Positions 27,747 through 42,800 of a stretch of DNA of 64,000 bases are shown one piece after another. How positions within the stretch are numbered: the stretch's first letter is position 1; every line of letters starts with the position of its first letter. Source of the DNA: Blastocystis sp. Blastoise (Eukaryota; Protista; Bigyra: Opalinata). The notes beneath the pieces were generated by a model. That model was given only the letters and a program-made list of their open reading frames with translations. It made no database searches and was not told the origin of the DNA. Both the position numbers and the translations under genes were made by a program. Where the stretch lies: contig JBBPEB010000013.1 in the NCBI GenBank assembly GCA_039096225.1, positions 1,426,001 through 1,490,000 on the forward strand, read 5' to 3'.

Positions 27747-28568
27747 TTAAGTAGCTTGCACATTATTATCTAACTAAAATAAATAGATTGATTGAATAAT
27801 AATAATAATATACTTGTTGTAATAGTTTTTTATTTGTAGAAAAGAATCTTGAATTTCGTTTCTGTTGCATTTCTTCTGGGATATCTCTTGGATCTTTATA
27901 TCTTTTTCGAATACAAGCAGCACAACTAAGTAATAATAAATATATATAATATGAGATATTCATATAAGTTTTAAATAAATAATATATATATATAATATGA
28001 GATATTCATATAAGTTTTAAATAAATAATATATATATATATAATATGAGATATTCATATAAGTTTTAAATAAATAATATATATATATAATATGAGATATT
28101 CATATAAGTTTTAAATAAATAAATAAATAAATATATATATATATATATATACCTGCATTTATCTTGACATCCAGGACATAACCAGCCATCTTTTAGTTTT
28201 CTCAACTCATCAATATTCTATAAAGTTAGTTTAGAAAAAATAAGATAAAAAATAATATATATAATATACTAAGTTATAATGTTTATATAGACATTTACGA
28301 CAATAAGATCGGACACATCTAAATAATAAAAATATATATATATAAATTTTAAATAAAATATTATTCTATTTATTATTTATTATATATAAAAGTATTCAAA
28401 TATAAAAGATAGATAATAGTTAAATAAATATATAATAAATATATAAGATACCTATTACCTGATCCATGTCGGTTTTTACCACAATTCTTGCAGTCAATTA
28501 CATCACGTTTACGTGCTTTACATTGATGACACCATTTCAATACTGTTCCATCACGTTTAAACATAGAA

Positions 28569-28607
<39 letters not shown>

Positions 28608-31600
28608 AAAAGTATATAAATATAATATATATATTATAGAAGAAAGAAAGAAAGAATTTTCTTTATATATATATAAATAAGAATATACAACGCTTTATGT
28701 CCTGTTGATTTAGAATGTAATTGATATTCTTCATCACTATCTTCCTTAGGAAGTAATCGAAGAGAATGATGTTTAGGAGGTCGAGATAAAGAAGGAACTA
28801 TATCGAATGGCTGAGATAGAACTAGAAGAAGAAAATATATTTATTATATAATATTCTATTAATAAATAGAGAAAGATTTAAAAAAAAATAATAATAATAA
28901 ATAGAATGATTGTTTATAATTAGAAGAAATAGAAATATTATGTTTAATATAATATATACCTCTTTCAACAGTACTTCTCAGATCAACATATCCTTTTGGA
29001 GACATAAAGAAGTTAGTTTCATTCATGTTTTTATTTGTTTTACTATTTGTAATTGTTCTATTTGTACCTTGTAAAGATGTAATATAATTTGAATTTATAT
29101 TATTAACATTATTTTGTTTATCATTAACATTATCGTCTTTATTATTATTCGTTATAGATTTAATAGAGATATTCTGTGTTGATGAAGTATCAAGTGGATT
29201 ATTTATATAATTCGAATAATCTTTTGTTTCTGAAGTATGAAGAAGGAGATGACGTACATTCAAAGGAGATTCATTCTGTTGTATATATGAAGACTTTTGT
29301 TTTGGGGGTGTATTCTGAGAATATATATCTAAAGAAATCAATTGATAATGAATTATTTGTTTACATATATATATATAAATAAAAATAATATATTAATTAA
29401 TAATATAAATTAGGTAAATATATATATATATATATACTTGTATCTTTATTATTGATATTAGTGAATTCTTTGGACTTTATTCTTTGAGAAATAGTATTTG
29501 TCGAGTTATTGAAAGTATTCATTGAATTGATAGGAATATAATTTAAACTCTGTGGATTCCCTTGGGTATATAGTGGTAAATTAGAGGAATCTTTATATTT
29601 CATAGTATATGAAGATTGTTCTAGAGTATAAATAATAATATACTAATTATAGAGAATAAATAATAATATTAATTATAAAATATAAATTATATTAATATAT
29701 TAATTATAGAGAATAAATAATAATATTAATTATAAAATATAAATAATAATAATATTAATTATAAACTATAAATATAATAAAATTTTCTACAAAAAAAAAT
29801 AATGATAAAATAGTATCTATAAAAGAAAAATAAATAGATTAATAAATGTAGTAGAGTTTTACCTTGTTGTGTAGAGAGTTTCTTTGAGTTCTTAGTATTT
29901 TGTTTATTTGTAAGAATAGATGTTGTCTTAGTGTTTGAAGTTGATAGTTCAAGATCTTTTGGAGATTGAAGTGGATCATATAATTGAGTATTTTGCTGTA
30001 ATGAATCTTTAGGTATATTATGAGTAAATGATATTAGAGATGTAGAATTGACAGGATCATGAGTAGTATATTGTATAGTAGGAAGATTATGTATTTGTAT
30101 ATTATCATTAATATTATTAAATGAAGTTCTCTTTTGAAATTCTTGTGAGTTCGATGAATCTTTAGAAGTCGTATTGTCTATTGATAATAAGTTTTCTTTA
30201 TTGTTGTTTATTGGATCTTGATTTCTTGAAGAGATAGAAGGATAAGATGAAAAGAAATCAGAATTATTGTTAAGAGGAGGAGAGATAGATGAAGAAGGAA
30301 AAAGAAGTGATGAAAGTTGAGGAGATTCTTTTGAAGTTATTAATACTTCTTTTTCATTTTGAGTTTTCGATTGTTTTCCATTAGGAAAAGAAGAAGTATT
30401 TGATGGTAATGTATTTAATGGATCCTGAAGAGGAGTGTAGAGAGATGAAGAGGAATATAGAGGGAAAAGTGGGAGAGAATTTATAGTTGAAGATAATTCT
30501 GTTTCTTCTATATATATATATATATATAATTAATGGTTTATATTATATTAAAAATAAATAATATATAAATAAATAATTTATATAATAAAAAAATTATATA
30601 TATAATATAATAAAAGAATGACAAAATACTAGATGAATTATTATTTTGTATTTGATTCTTGCTTGTAGTTTGATTGATATCCGAATTGAATGTATAGGAT
30701 GGAAGTGATTTCTCTACTAATGAAGAAGATGCATCAAAAGACTCTCTAGGGAGGGGAGGAGAGGAAGTAAAGTCAGATAATGTGTTTGAGAAGGAGAAGG
30801 AGTTGAGGTCTTGATGATTGTAGATAGGAGAAGATGTCTCGTAAGGTAGGGATGAGAAATCGAAGGAAGTATGTGACGAAGGATAATTAAAAGAAGAATA
30901 AAGATCATTATCTGGAGCTATTATATATATATATATAAGTAATGGATAATAAAGAATCATACAATTACTATCTGAAAAAGGATATTGAAATAGAAGATTC
31001 TATAGATTTTTATTTTTTTTAAATATATATATACATATATATAAAATGAATAAATATACATCTCTATTTGAATCTTGATTTATTTCTAGATTATTATTTT
31101 TGGATTCCTAGAATATATTTGATACTAATAATATAAAACCTATTAAAAATATACATAGGACTTGGAGACTATATAGAATATTATAAAAGAATATATATGT
31201 AAATAAAGTATTATAAATAATATATGTATATATATATATAGATAGAATACGTTTATCAGAATAGGATTCAGTAATAGTATTTGTTAATTGTTTCTGTTCT
31301 TCAGCATCATTATGGACAATATCAATACTTCGTCGAATCATATTAATTCCTATAGATCTCTCTTTCTTAGATCTTTTTTGTATATGACCTAAAGAATTCG
31401 AGAGGAGAGACTCTACATTCGATAGATCAGACTGTAATTTATGAGCATTTAAAAACTGATGTTGATCTACTTCGTTCATCTTTCCTAAAGTCTCTAGTGA
31501 TACATCATCATCAGATAACTCAGAATATCTAGACAATACAGATAAATAAATAATATTCTTTAATATTTTCAATCAATATATATATAATATTTATGTTATA

Positions 31601-31934
31601 TATAGTATATATAAATAAAATTTTATAATCTATTTAAATAAATTAATCGATATATTTTAGATACTTTTTAAGAAAATATATATATATTATAAATTCAACA
31701 AATACCTTTTCATTTGATTTTTTTTTTTTTTTGAGTATGTTGTTGTATTCTGATATATTGGAAGATAAATAGGCAATAGTTAGTTTCTTATTCGATTTAA
31801 AATCAATAATGGAAATCGAGACAAGTATCGAGAAAGAATATATATTCAACTTTCGATATTTGTTTTAAAATCATAGTGTTATACTATCTACACGTTGAAG
31901 AATTACAAAACGATATCATAAAATCTTCATCCAT
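27747..31934 (-). CDS. Large low-complexity protein with a C-terminal zf-4CXXC_R1 (CDCA7/JMJD-type) zinc finger; 5-prime end uncertain
   Basis: Spliced C-terminus WCHQCKARKRDVIDCKNC..SYCRKCLYKHY..GWLCPGCQDKCSCAAC, preceded by Ser/Pro/Asn-rich exons (e.g. 29862-30508). Start tentatively the ATG near 31934. Confidence 0.7.
27948..28120. repeat. Intronic minisatellite, 4 copies of an about 46-bp unit
   Basis: AATATGAGATATTCATATAAGTTTTAAATAAAT repeated with variable (TA)n spacers. Confidence 0.9.
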
Positions 31935-33866
31935 AAAACACGATATTATTTTTTCGTGTTAACTATATAATATATTTGCTTTAAGTTTTCTCTTTATAAT
32001 AATTGTTGAATACGTTTCATAGGTACACTTTTAAAATAGCCAACCAAGAAATGAATCAGAAATTAGCAAAAAAAGACATTGTGGTATGAACTATTCAATA
32101 TGAAATACTTCATATAATAATATTTATCTATAGATTAAGGAAATAAAAATAATATAGTTTAGAAATGTAAAGTAAATATACATAGATATTATAAAGTATG
32201 ATATATTATAGTCAAAACTATTTTTCAAATTAATAAATTCATTGTATTTGTAAAATAGTAATTTAAAAAAGTATATAAAGAGTAGTTTTGAAAGAAAATT
32301 TGTAATAAGTAATATTTTTTGACTTTTAGACGAGTAATATATTTGATATAATTTTTATAAAAATGAGTATTATATTGAGAATAAGAAATAATTAACTTGA
32401 GTAATCATTTTAACATATATAACATAAAAAAAAAAATGTCAAACAAAATAATTATTTATTTTGACTTTTAAGTACTTCTATCAATAATAACATAAGTTTT
32501 TCGGCATATATAGAAAATATATAGGATCTTTATGAAAGATAAAGAATGTAGATTGTTACAGTTTGAATATTTTAATAAAATACTTTGTCAACTATAATTC
32601 TTATAGATTTATCTTATTATATTTGTTTGAATTGACAAGTATTGATAGACTTCATAATTGACAAATAGACTTGCATGTTTTTATTTGAATATAAATTGGA
32701 TACGATGTGATTATAGAATATAAATACTTTGAAAATTTGCTATTAATATGTTTTCTTTGATAGGTTGAATTCGACGATATTTTTCTTCATTATGTCCTAT
32801 AATGGATTTTATTACGTTAATATATATATTTATATATATAATGAGTATTAAGTATAGTTATATTGAGAATAAAGATGTGATTATCGTTGGATCTTAATTG
32901 GTTTTTTCAGTATAATTTTGATAATTTTAAGTAAAATATGACTTTATAAATATAATATTAGTTATATGAATGAAATAATTGATATTTAAAGTGATTAAAA
33001 AGTAAAAAGTAAGAAGAAACGAGAAACTCTTTCATTTCATTTGTTATCTCATTTTTGAATCACATGTAATTTCATGCGTAAATCTCTTCCTTTTTAATAA
33101 ATATAGACAGTTTTTGAAACTAGAAAAAGATGAGAATTCAGTTTAAAAAAGAAAATTCAATAGTTTTCCTCGAAATCTACTTTGTTCATTATTGTTTTGT
33201 GTTTCTCAAAACAGGTGTAACTCAACGGAATAAAATTTGTGGTTAAAACGTTTTTTTTTGGTTTATCAAAATAATCCAGGGAAAAAAAATGATATGAAAG
33301 AGGCTTCGTCATTGGGTTTCCACTATCGAGATAAAAATGAGATACACGTCAAAATTTCTATGGTTAATTGACCATTCATCTGTTTTTTTCCTATAGAAAT
33401 CATGGAATTATGGTTATCAAAAAATCGATCACTAAACATAATTCTTCTAGAAGCTTTGAAATATTGTTGGTGCGTCATTTTGTATGGTTTATTATTTGAT
33501 GAACTACTTTTTTTATGCGATTTTATTTGATGAACAAAATATTTGTAAAAAAAAGTCGTTATAATTGATGAATGGTTCCACGTTATATACGAAAATAGGG
33601 CAATTGAGCCGATAGTTTCACGGGAATGTTTGCGGAAGTTAATCAGGTTTGGTTTCTACTGATTGAGAGTAAAAGTCTCTTATCAGTCACCCATATTTTG
33701 ATTTGCATTAACAATCAAAGTCATTAATAGGTATGTATATATGTTATATTTCGTAAAGAAGTGTTCCCCTATGATAGGGTAGCTTTTTCTTGTCTTTTTA
33801 AAACTGATCATTGACTAATTTACTGAATTCTCTATAGATTTTGCTTTTGTCTGCTAATCCTGAATA

Positions 33867-36800
33867 ATGCTTGATATTTCAATCATGTATGTCCATTTCT
33901 TTGTCCGCTGTCCATTCTTTTTGCTGTTTTTGTATAACTAAAACATGAAGCTCTAGCTGTTGCTATGCTGTTGATTGTTTGTATACTGAGAAATTCTGAC
34001 AATACTTACTCAATGGAGTAGGAATTTACTGTTTTTGCTCCATATGGAACATGTTAGCAGTGTCTTTTTTTCAGTTTTGTAGTTAATTTTTTATTTGTTT
34101 TATAAGAAGAATATATTTCTGAAAAGGATATCTATCGATACCTATGTTGAAATGCTCTTCTATTTGTTTATAAATATTTTTATTAATATATTTCTAAAAA
34201 ATTTTAATATTTTGTTTTTATAGTTTTATTGCTTTTTTCGCTTGGTGTGCGTCTGGTGCCTTAAAGGTGGGTCAGGTATCTCCTTTTATCTTCAACGATG
34301 TACACGTTTCTTGCCCTAAAAGTATGAGTGTTCCTCATTGGTTTCCTAGTGATTTCGAAAGAGAATCTTGGGGACCTCTTGCCGAATCGACGTCTAAGTG
34401 GGGATTTGGAAGCGATGGTCATGCTTCCCGTCCTGTTCCTTATTTTAGTGGTCACGTTTATTCCATATTTGATAGAGCCGTTTCTACCAAGTTTGTATGG
34501 TCTCATAGAACTGCTGAAAATGGATGCGATTATGGTGAAGAAAATTGCCAAGTCTTAGAAGATGCTTATGGTAAGCATTATCTTTATAACCAAGCTAGTT
34601 ATGGTAGAAAATGTTCTGGTTGTTTATCAGGATCTAATAAATCTTGTGACGACGCTAGAAGTTATTCTTCCGATTGTAACGATGCTTCTTGTAAAGTATG
34701 TGAAGGTCTCAATAATTGGATTGTTTTTGATTTAGAAAACCCTTCAGTTGTTGATGATTTAAAGATTTGGAACGACCGTTCTGCTGCTTCTATTAAGAAT
34801 TTCACAATCTATTATTCATTGGATTCTGTTTATGGTCCTTGGAATCAATGGATTTCTTATGAAGCAAATGATAATAATGAAGGTTGGAGAATTTTATCTC
34901 ATTTAACTGAGGTTCATACTGTTATTGGTAGATACTTTAAGATTGTTGCCTCAAGCAATTGGGGTAATCCTGAAGTAACTGAGATATCAGAAATTCAACT
35001 TCATGGTTATCAACTGGCTAATGATAATTATGATGTAAATGGTAAGAATGAAATTTATTGGATTGATTCTCGTAAATCGACTTGTTCTAAAAGTGAAAGT
35101 GTCGATGCTACTAAGTTTGTTTTCGGATTTGCTTCAAAACAATCTGAAAAGTCACTCTTAGAAGCTTCAGTTTTTGCTTTAGAAATTGATAATAATATTG
35201 TTCCTGTTTCTTTTGTTTCATCTACTTCTGAGATGATTCAAATGTTTAATGGTTTTGGATATGATGTTATTATTACTGAGTCTAGCTATTTCGAAGAAGA
35301 TTTAAATGGCTATTTATGGGATATTACTTTTAAGAATAAAAATCCTTTAAAACTTCGTTTACATTATAGTGTAATGGATAAAGTTATAGATGCTGCTTTT
35401 TCTTGTCCTAAGAATATTTGTAAGAATATGCCTGCAAGTACTATTGTTAAGAATGAGATTTATGATGTTAATCATATTTCTTTTTATCCTTGTTCTATTG
35501 GTTCTCAACACGTTCTTTTAAGTACGTTTACTAATCAAGCTGAATATGCTTCATTATGTATTAACGATGTTAAGACTGATAATATGGTACATATTCTTAT
35601 AGAAAAAGAAGCTTCTATATTTGATAATGGTGTTGAAATGAATATGAATAGAAGACTTGAAGATGATTTAAGTTATCCTATTTGCGTTTCTTTCGCAGAT
35701 AATACTATATCTTCTATACAACAATCACTTGTTGTTAAAGATTTTACTGGTTTAAATAGAAGAACTTTCCTTGTTGGTTATACGAGTTCTGTTATTATTT
35801 CTGGTAGTGGTATTTCTGATGGTGATAGACTTGTGTTTGCTCAAACTCTTGCCCAATGTTATGCTAACTTCGCTAATGGTTATGTTATTAGTAACAATGC
35901 TGCTAATGTTAATTTACAACCTTTTTCGGATGATACTGTTTTATCTGTTAGTTTCTATCCTTGCTTATGTTTTGTGGATGGAGAAGAACATGAATGTGTA
36001 TTAAAATCTGGTGATGAGAATAAATTAGATCTTCGTTGGCTTAAATCTACTAAAGAAATTACTTATAATTCTGCTAACTATTTCTTAGGTCAACCTACTC
36101 AATTTAATTGGTCTGGTTTAGGTCTTAATGAAAGAGATTTTGCTAATCTTTGTTTACCATCTTCTTTAAATGATGCTTGCGATTCTGTTTTAGTAGGTCG
36201 TGATTTTGTATCTTTTGTTAATGGTAATCCTATTTTTACTATAGATGAAACTTCTCTTTCTGGTGCTACTTCCGTTTTTGTTGCTTATCAACATGCAAAT
36301 AATAATGTTGATGTTAATTATCGTAATATTGTTATCTATTTAAGAAGAATTCAATCTTTGAATACTAATGAATTAATACAAAATTCTAAGAAGACTGTTA
36401 CTATTCAAGGATATGGTTTACATGCTGGTGAACAAATTTCATTTGTTAAACAAGATGAAACTTGTAATGCTAGTAATGAACAATTTACTATATATATTGA
36501 TGAACAAGATGGTTTATTTAAAGCTGATGTTACTATTTCTCAAATTATAGCTCCTCTTGTAAAGATGTGTTATAAATATGATAATATTGATGAATGGATT
36601 GATACTTCTATTCAAGTTAATACTGTTGGTTTAACTTATAATACATTTATAAATGATAAGATATTGGTTGGTGATCATAAGACTATAACATTTTCATCAG
36701 GAAAAACTTTATCATCAAATGATAAGCTTATAGTTTCTTCTGTTGAAGGTTGTGCTGACCAAATTACTTCTTATTCTGTTACTCTTAATAATGAAGATTC

Positions 36801-39800
36801 TTATGTTGAATTATCATTTAGTAATGCTTATCCTAAGATATATATGTGTTATACTTTTTCATCTGGTGAACAAATTTCTTTGAAGTATTCTTTCCAAGTT
36901 ATTGAAGTTAGTTCTGTTAAAGTTGTTAATGATTTTAATAGTTTAATTATTGGTAGAGTTAATTCTATTGTACTTACTGGTGCTTCAGAAGGTGATACTG
37001 TTGGATTTGCTCCTTTTAGTAAGGATTGTAATTCTAAGATTTATACTACAATTCTTGATAGTGATTCCTTTGATATTACTTTTGATTATACTTCTGATTT
37101 AGCTTCTTCATATTATATTTGTTATTCTGTTGATGGTATTCAATGGAAAGCTTATACTACTCTTACTCTTGGTATTCGTGGTATTCTTTCATTATCTCCT
37201 ATGTATACAGTTGCTAATGTTGAAAATACTTTTAGTTTAACTACTTCTGGTATTCTTCCTGTTACATGTGATGATAATAATAATGATAATGAAATGATTA
37301 CTTTAGCTTTTGTACCAAGAGATTCTAATTGTGAAGATGTTAATAGAATTCTTATAAGTACTGATAGATGTACTTCTTTTGTTGCTACTTTTACTGAAAA
37401 TATGAATAATTGGATGATGTGTGTAAAGATTGGTAATGAAGAATCTTTTTCTAATTATTCTATTTTTATGAAAGTACAATATGTTTTAAGTATTACTGGA
37501 TCTGATAATATTCCTACTGGTATCTATTCAACTTATACACTTGAAGGTATTAACTTATCTGAGAATATTAAAGTTAATTTAGTTGAAAGTGTAACTGAAG
37601 GTGAACCTACTATTTATTCGTTTAATGTTTATGCTTTAAATGGTAAATATTATTCTGATATTCTAATTCCTATTACTGGATCTTATTCGTTTTCTATTAA
37701 TTATATGGATAGTCAACAAATTGTTCCTTTTAATAAGATTATTGAAACAATAGGTTCAAGATTGAATAGTGTTAGTATTCATAATGCTTATAAAGGTATT
37801 CCTTTTACACAAACATTTACTAGTGAAGGTTCTTCTGTTGAAGATCAATTTATGTATGTAAAAGATGGTTCTATATGTGATATAGAAAATGCTATTGAAG
37901 GTAAAGTATATATGTTAACTGAGTCTAAAGAAGTTGAGATGCAATATGATAGTTATTTTACGAATGCTCATTTATGTTATAAATTTGCAAATATTGCATG
38001 GATTCTTTATGATAGTTATGATCTTAGTATATCTTATATTGAAACACTTAATCTTGGTACGTTTGTGAGTACGGTTGTTGGTGAGGTTACGATTGAAGGT
38101 TATGGATTAAGTGTTTCTGATATGATTTATGCTGTAAATTCTGAAGATAATTGTGAATCGTCTACAATTATAGCAAGTGTTAATGTAGGTAATGTACATA
38201 ATTCAATTCTTACTGATGATAAAGTGATTTTAAATAGTAATCTTATTATTTCTAATAATGGTGATTATTTATTATGTTATAAATCAGCAATTTTTTCTGA
38301 AAGAATTGGTTTAGATTATGTTACAGTACAAGAATTTACTATTGATAATATCAATAATAATAACTATTACTCTATTGGTCAAACCAATACATATATATTA
38401 TCTTCTCCTGCATTTGTTCCTGAACAATTACCTTTTATTAAATTAGTTTCTAATAATTGTAATGAAAATGGTATTAATTCTGAAGTTAGTCGTATTAATA
38501 CTAATACTGTTTCTGCTATATTTACTTCTAAGAATGTACCTTCTTCTACATTAAAGTTCTGTATATCTTATTTAAGTTCATGGACTTTATATGAATCGAT
38601 AGTTATTTCATCATTTGGTGTATCTGAAATAACTGAAGGTATATTTGTTGGTGATCAATCTAAAACAATTCAATTTACTGGTATTAATCTTAAACAAGGA
38701 GATTATGTAAAATTTATTGGTAAAGTAAATGGTATATATGATTGTGATAGTAATATTAGTGAAACATTACATGGTTCTCAAGAAACTACTTTAAATAATG
38801 AATTAAAAGCTACTTTTACTTTTAATATTCCTGGAACAGAAATAGCTCTTTGTTATAAACAAAATAATGAATATATTTTAATGAGTCATATTCTTATAAC
38901 TGTAGTAGATTTATATGGTTATCATACTCATGCTGCTGGTAGTATATCTGCTGTTGTTAATCATGATATAACTGTTCATTTCTTAGCTATTAATGCTCAA
39001 GTTGGTGATTTAGCTATGTGGGTACCTTATGATTTAACATGTATTGAAGAACATGCTGTTAATGATGAAAATAATATTAAGACTATTGATTCTAATATAG
39101 AAGCTACATTTAAATTTACTACATCTGCTAAGAATTTAAGATTATGTATTAATTTCCGTGGTGAAGGATGGATATCTTATCCTGGTATTACTATGGATTC
39201 TCTTATGATTGATTCTATTTCTATAAATACATTTAATGCATATATACCTACTTCTATTATATTTACAAATGGTATGGAAGGTGATGAAGTACGTTTAATA
39301 TCAAATATTAATAATGAAGATGATTGTCTTTCTGATATTGGTGGTTGTGGTATTAATACTGTTGGTTCTAATGGATTAACTGAATTAACATGTGTTCCTT
39401 CTACTTCTTATTCTATTTGTTATAAATTTAAGAATTCAAATATATATACACTTTTACCTGATACTATTTCTGTTTATGGTCCTATTCGTATAGAAAAACA
39501 ACAACAAAAAGAAAATGGTATTGATTCATTAAATATTATTTTTTATGGTCCTGGTATAATTAATGATGAATTATGTAATGAAGAACAAAATATACATACA
39601 ATAAAATATGTTTCTTTAGATGAAGATTGTTCTGCTGATTCTGTTATTCAAGTTAATCCTGAAAGAATGATAAATTCTTGTAATGGTAAAGTAGATAATA
39701 TATATTTTACTTCTGAATCTGTTACTTATAAATTATGTGTTAAGATGCAAGATACTCAAAATACTCCTATATATGTTTCTTATCCTGATATATTTAATTT

Positions 39801-42800
39801 ATCTATTTTAGATACTGATATTATTAGTACTAATGAAGGTGAAGTTATTGATTTTGCTATTGCTAATTATAATAAGATATTATTTTTTAATGCTGATTAT
39901 ATTATTAATAATGATGAAGTTTTATTTGTTGAACCTAATGAATCTTGTACTTCTACTGTTTTATATAAGTATAATATATTAAATAAACGTGTTATTATTA
40001 ATATTCCTAATGCTGGTAATTATAAATTATGTTATAAATCTACATATCTTAATCAATATATTGATTATCAATTAAATTTAAGAGTTGGTAATTCTATATA
40101 TGATGGTGAAATAAATAGATATGAAAGTATGTATAATTCTTTTGTTATTGAATTTAATGGTAATCATATATCTAATGATGATATTATTACTATAAGTAGT
40201 AATAATGGTTTTAATAAAATATATAATATTGTATCTAGTAATAATGGTAAAGTAGGTCAAGCTACAATTTCTCTTAATAATTATTTAGAAGATGCTAGTA
40301 TTACATATAAATTTATTGGATCATCTATTTTATTACCTATTAATATTAAATTATCTGTTTTATCTATGGGTAATTTATCTCAAATAAGTTTTATAAAAGA
40401 TGTTGATACTATTGTTACATTTAATAATTATTATGGTATAACAAATAGTGATCATATAAAATTTATTATTTCTGATAATAATCATAATTGTAATAATAAT
40501 GATAATGATAATGGTATTATTTATCCTATTTCAATAATTGATAATATTAGTCGTTTTACTTTAAATATAGAAAATAATGGTATTTATGATATTTGTTATC
40601 AATTTAATAAATTATCTAATGAATATGTTTATGTTCAATCTACAATTGCTGTAAATACAATTGATTCTATTACTTTATCAAATACATTATTTATTGAAAA
40701 TGTACCTAAGATGATAACAATTACAAGTTCAATTATATCTGAACAAGATATAATATATGTATTAGATAATGGTGAAAATGATTGTTCTAGTATTAAACGT
40801 AATGCTTTTATTATTACAAAGAATGAAAATAATGAATATAGTACTTTAATTACTTTAATGAGAGGTGATAATAGAGTTATATGTTATAAACATTCTAGTG
40901 AATCTATTTTATATAAATTACAAGATATATTTAATGTTAAATATATATATATTGCAAATAAGAAGCCTATTACAATTGTACCTCAAGTAAGTACATCTGT
41001 ACAAGTTATTGGTGATATAGCTGAAGAAAATATGAAATTATCATTTTATCAGAATAATTGTAATAATGGTGAATTAATAAATGAAATAACAGATTCTATA
41101 GAATTAAATTCTATTTGGACATTTAATAATATAATATTTAATACAATGTATAATAATGTAGTTGTATGTTTAGAAATACCTAGTTATGAAGAAAGATTTA
41201 ATATTCCTGAAAGTGTTGTAATTATTAAGTCTTTAAGTGTTTCTATAAATCCTATAAGTACTACTGTATTATTAAATACTCCTTATTATATTTCTATTGA
41301 AGGTCCATTTTATTATGTTAATGAAATATCTAGTGTATATATTACAAAGACTACATGTGATATTAGTTCTGAATTAGAAAAATTAGAAAGTGAATTAAAT
41401 GGTTTAACATTACATGCAAAATTATTATTTACAGAAGCTTTTGATGGTGAATATACTTATTGTGTTCAAGTTGGTAATACTGCTATTCAACATATAGATA
41501 ATGCTCATGTTAGTTTTGGTTCTATAAATAGTATTTCTAGAAATATAGTATTTACTAATGAAATTACTTCTATTATATTAAATGGATTAAATCTTAATAT
41601 AAATGATGAATTAAAGTTTGTTCAATTAAGTTGTGATGAAAATGTTACTATTTATTCTTTAGATTCTAATAATAGTATAAATGTATTATTTGAAAATGCT
41701 AATAATGAACAATATCATTTATGTTATAAATTTAGTTCTCATAATGATTATTATGAAATAAATAATATTAAATTATCAGTAAGAAATATTGTATCTTTAG
41801 AACCTACTGTAACATCTAATACTGAAAATGTTATTTTTAGTATATTAACATCTATATTTTCTGCTAGTTATACTGATTCTATTAAATTAGTTTTAAATAA
41901 TAATAATTGTAATGAAGATGGTTATTTATTTAATTTAGTTAATATAACTTATCCTTCTTATTTATATGATAAATTAGTATCAACTAATGAAAATATGAAT
42001 ATTGCTGTTGGTACATATAAGATTTGTTATTCTGTTGATTATAATATATATTATGATATAAATCAAAAGTTTATATCTATAAATAATAATGATGTAATTC
42101 TTAATAAGAGTGAATGGATGGCTAATATGAAATTAGATAGTCCTTTAATAATTAGTGCTACTTTATTAAATGGTACAATAGGTTTTGTTAGTCGTACAAA
42201 ATCATGTAATTCTGTAGAAGTTCTTTTTGATGTTATAAATGGTGAAGTTATGACTGATTATCCTTTTACTACAAGTGGTGTATTAATTGGTTGTTATAAA
42301 CCTATAGGATCTATTATATATTTTAGAACATCATTAATATCTATTGATGAAGAATTAATGAATGTTGGTGAAAATACTTATAGTTTTATTGTTAATCAAG
42401 TAAATACAGGAAGTATATCTATAGAAAGTTCTGAATTATATACTTTAAATGTTTATTTATCTGAATATGAAGATTGTTTAATATCTTATTCTGATGTACA
42501 AATAAATAATAATAATGGATTATATATTTTATCATTTACTAAAGGTTATAATAAACCATTATATATTTGTGGTTATTATGATGAAATACATAAAATAAAT
42601 AGTCAATCTATTGTTTATCTTAATGAAGTAATAATTGAACCTAAGACATCAACATTTGTACAAGGATCTACATATTTATTTGAACAATTTACATATATTA
42701 GTGGTTTTAATACATTACCTATATTTAAATTTATAACAAGTAATAATTGTGAAGATAATGTTGATTTAAGAACTGCTTCAAAATCTATTACTATTAGTAA

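Noticed and set aside
27948-28120. CRISPR-like repeat array
   Set aside because: Spacers are only variable TA runs, the context is a eukaryotic intron, and there are no cas genes.
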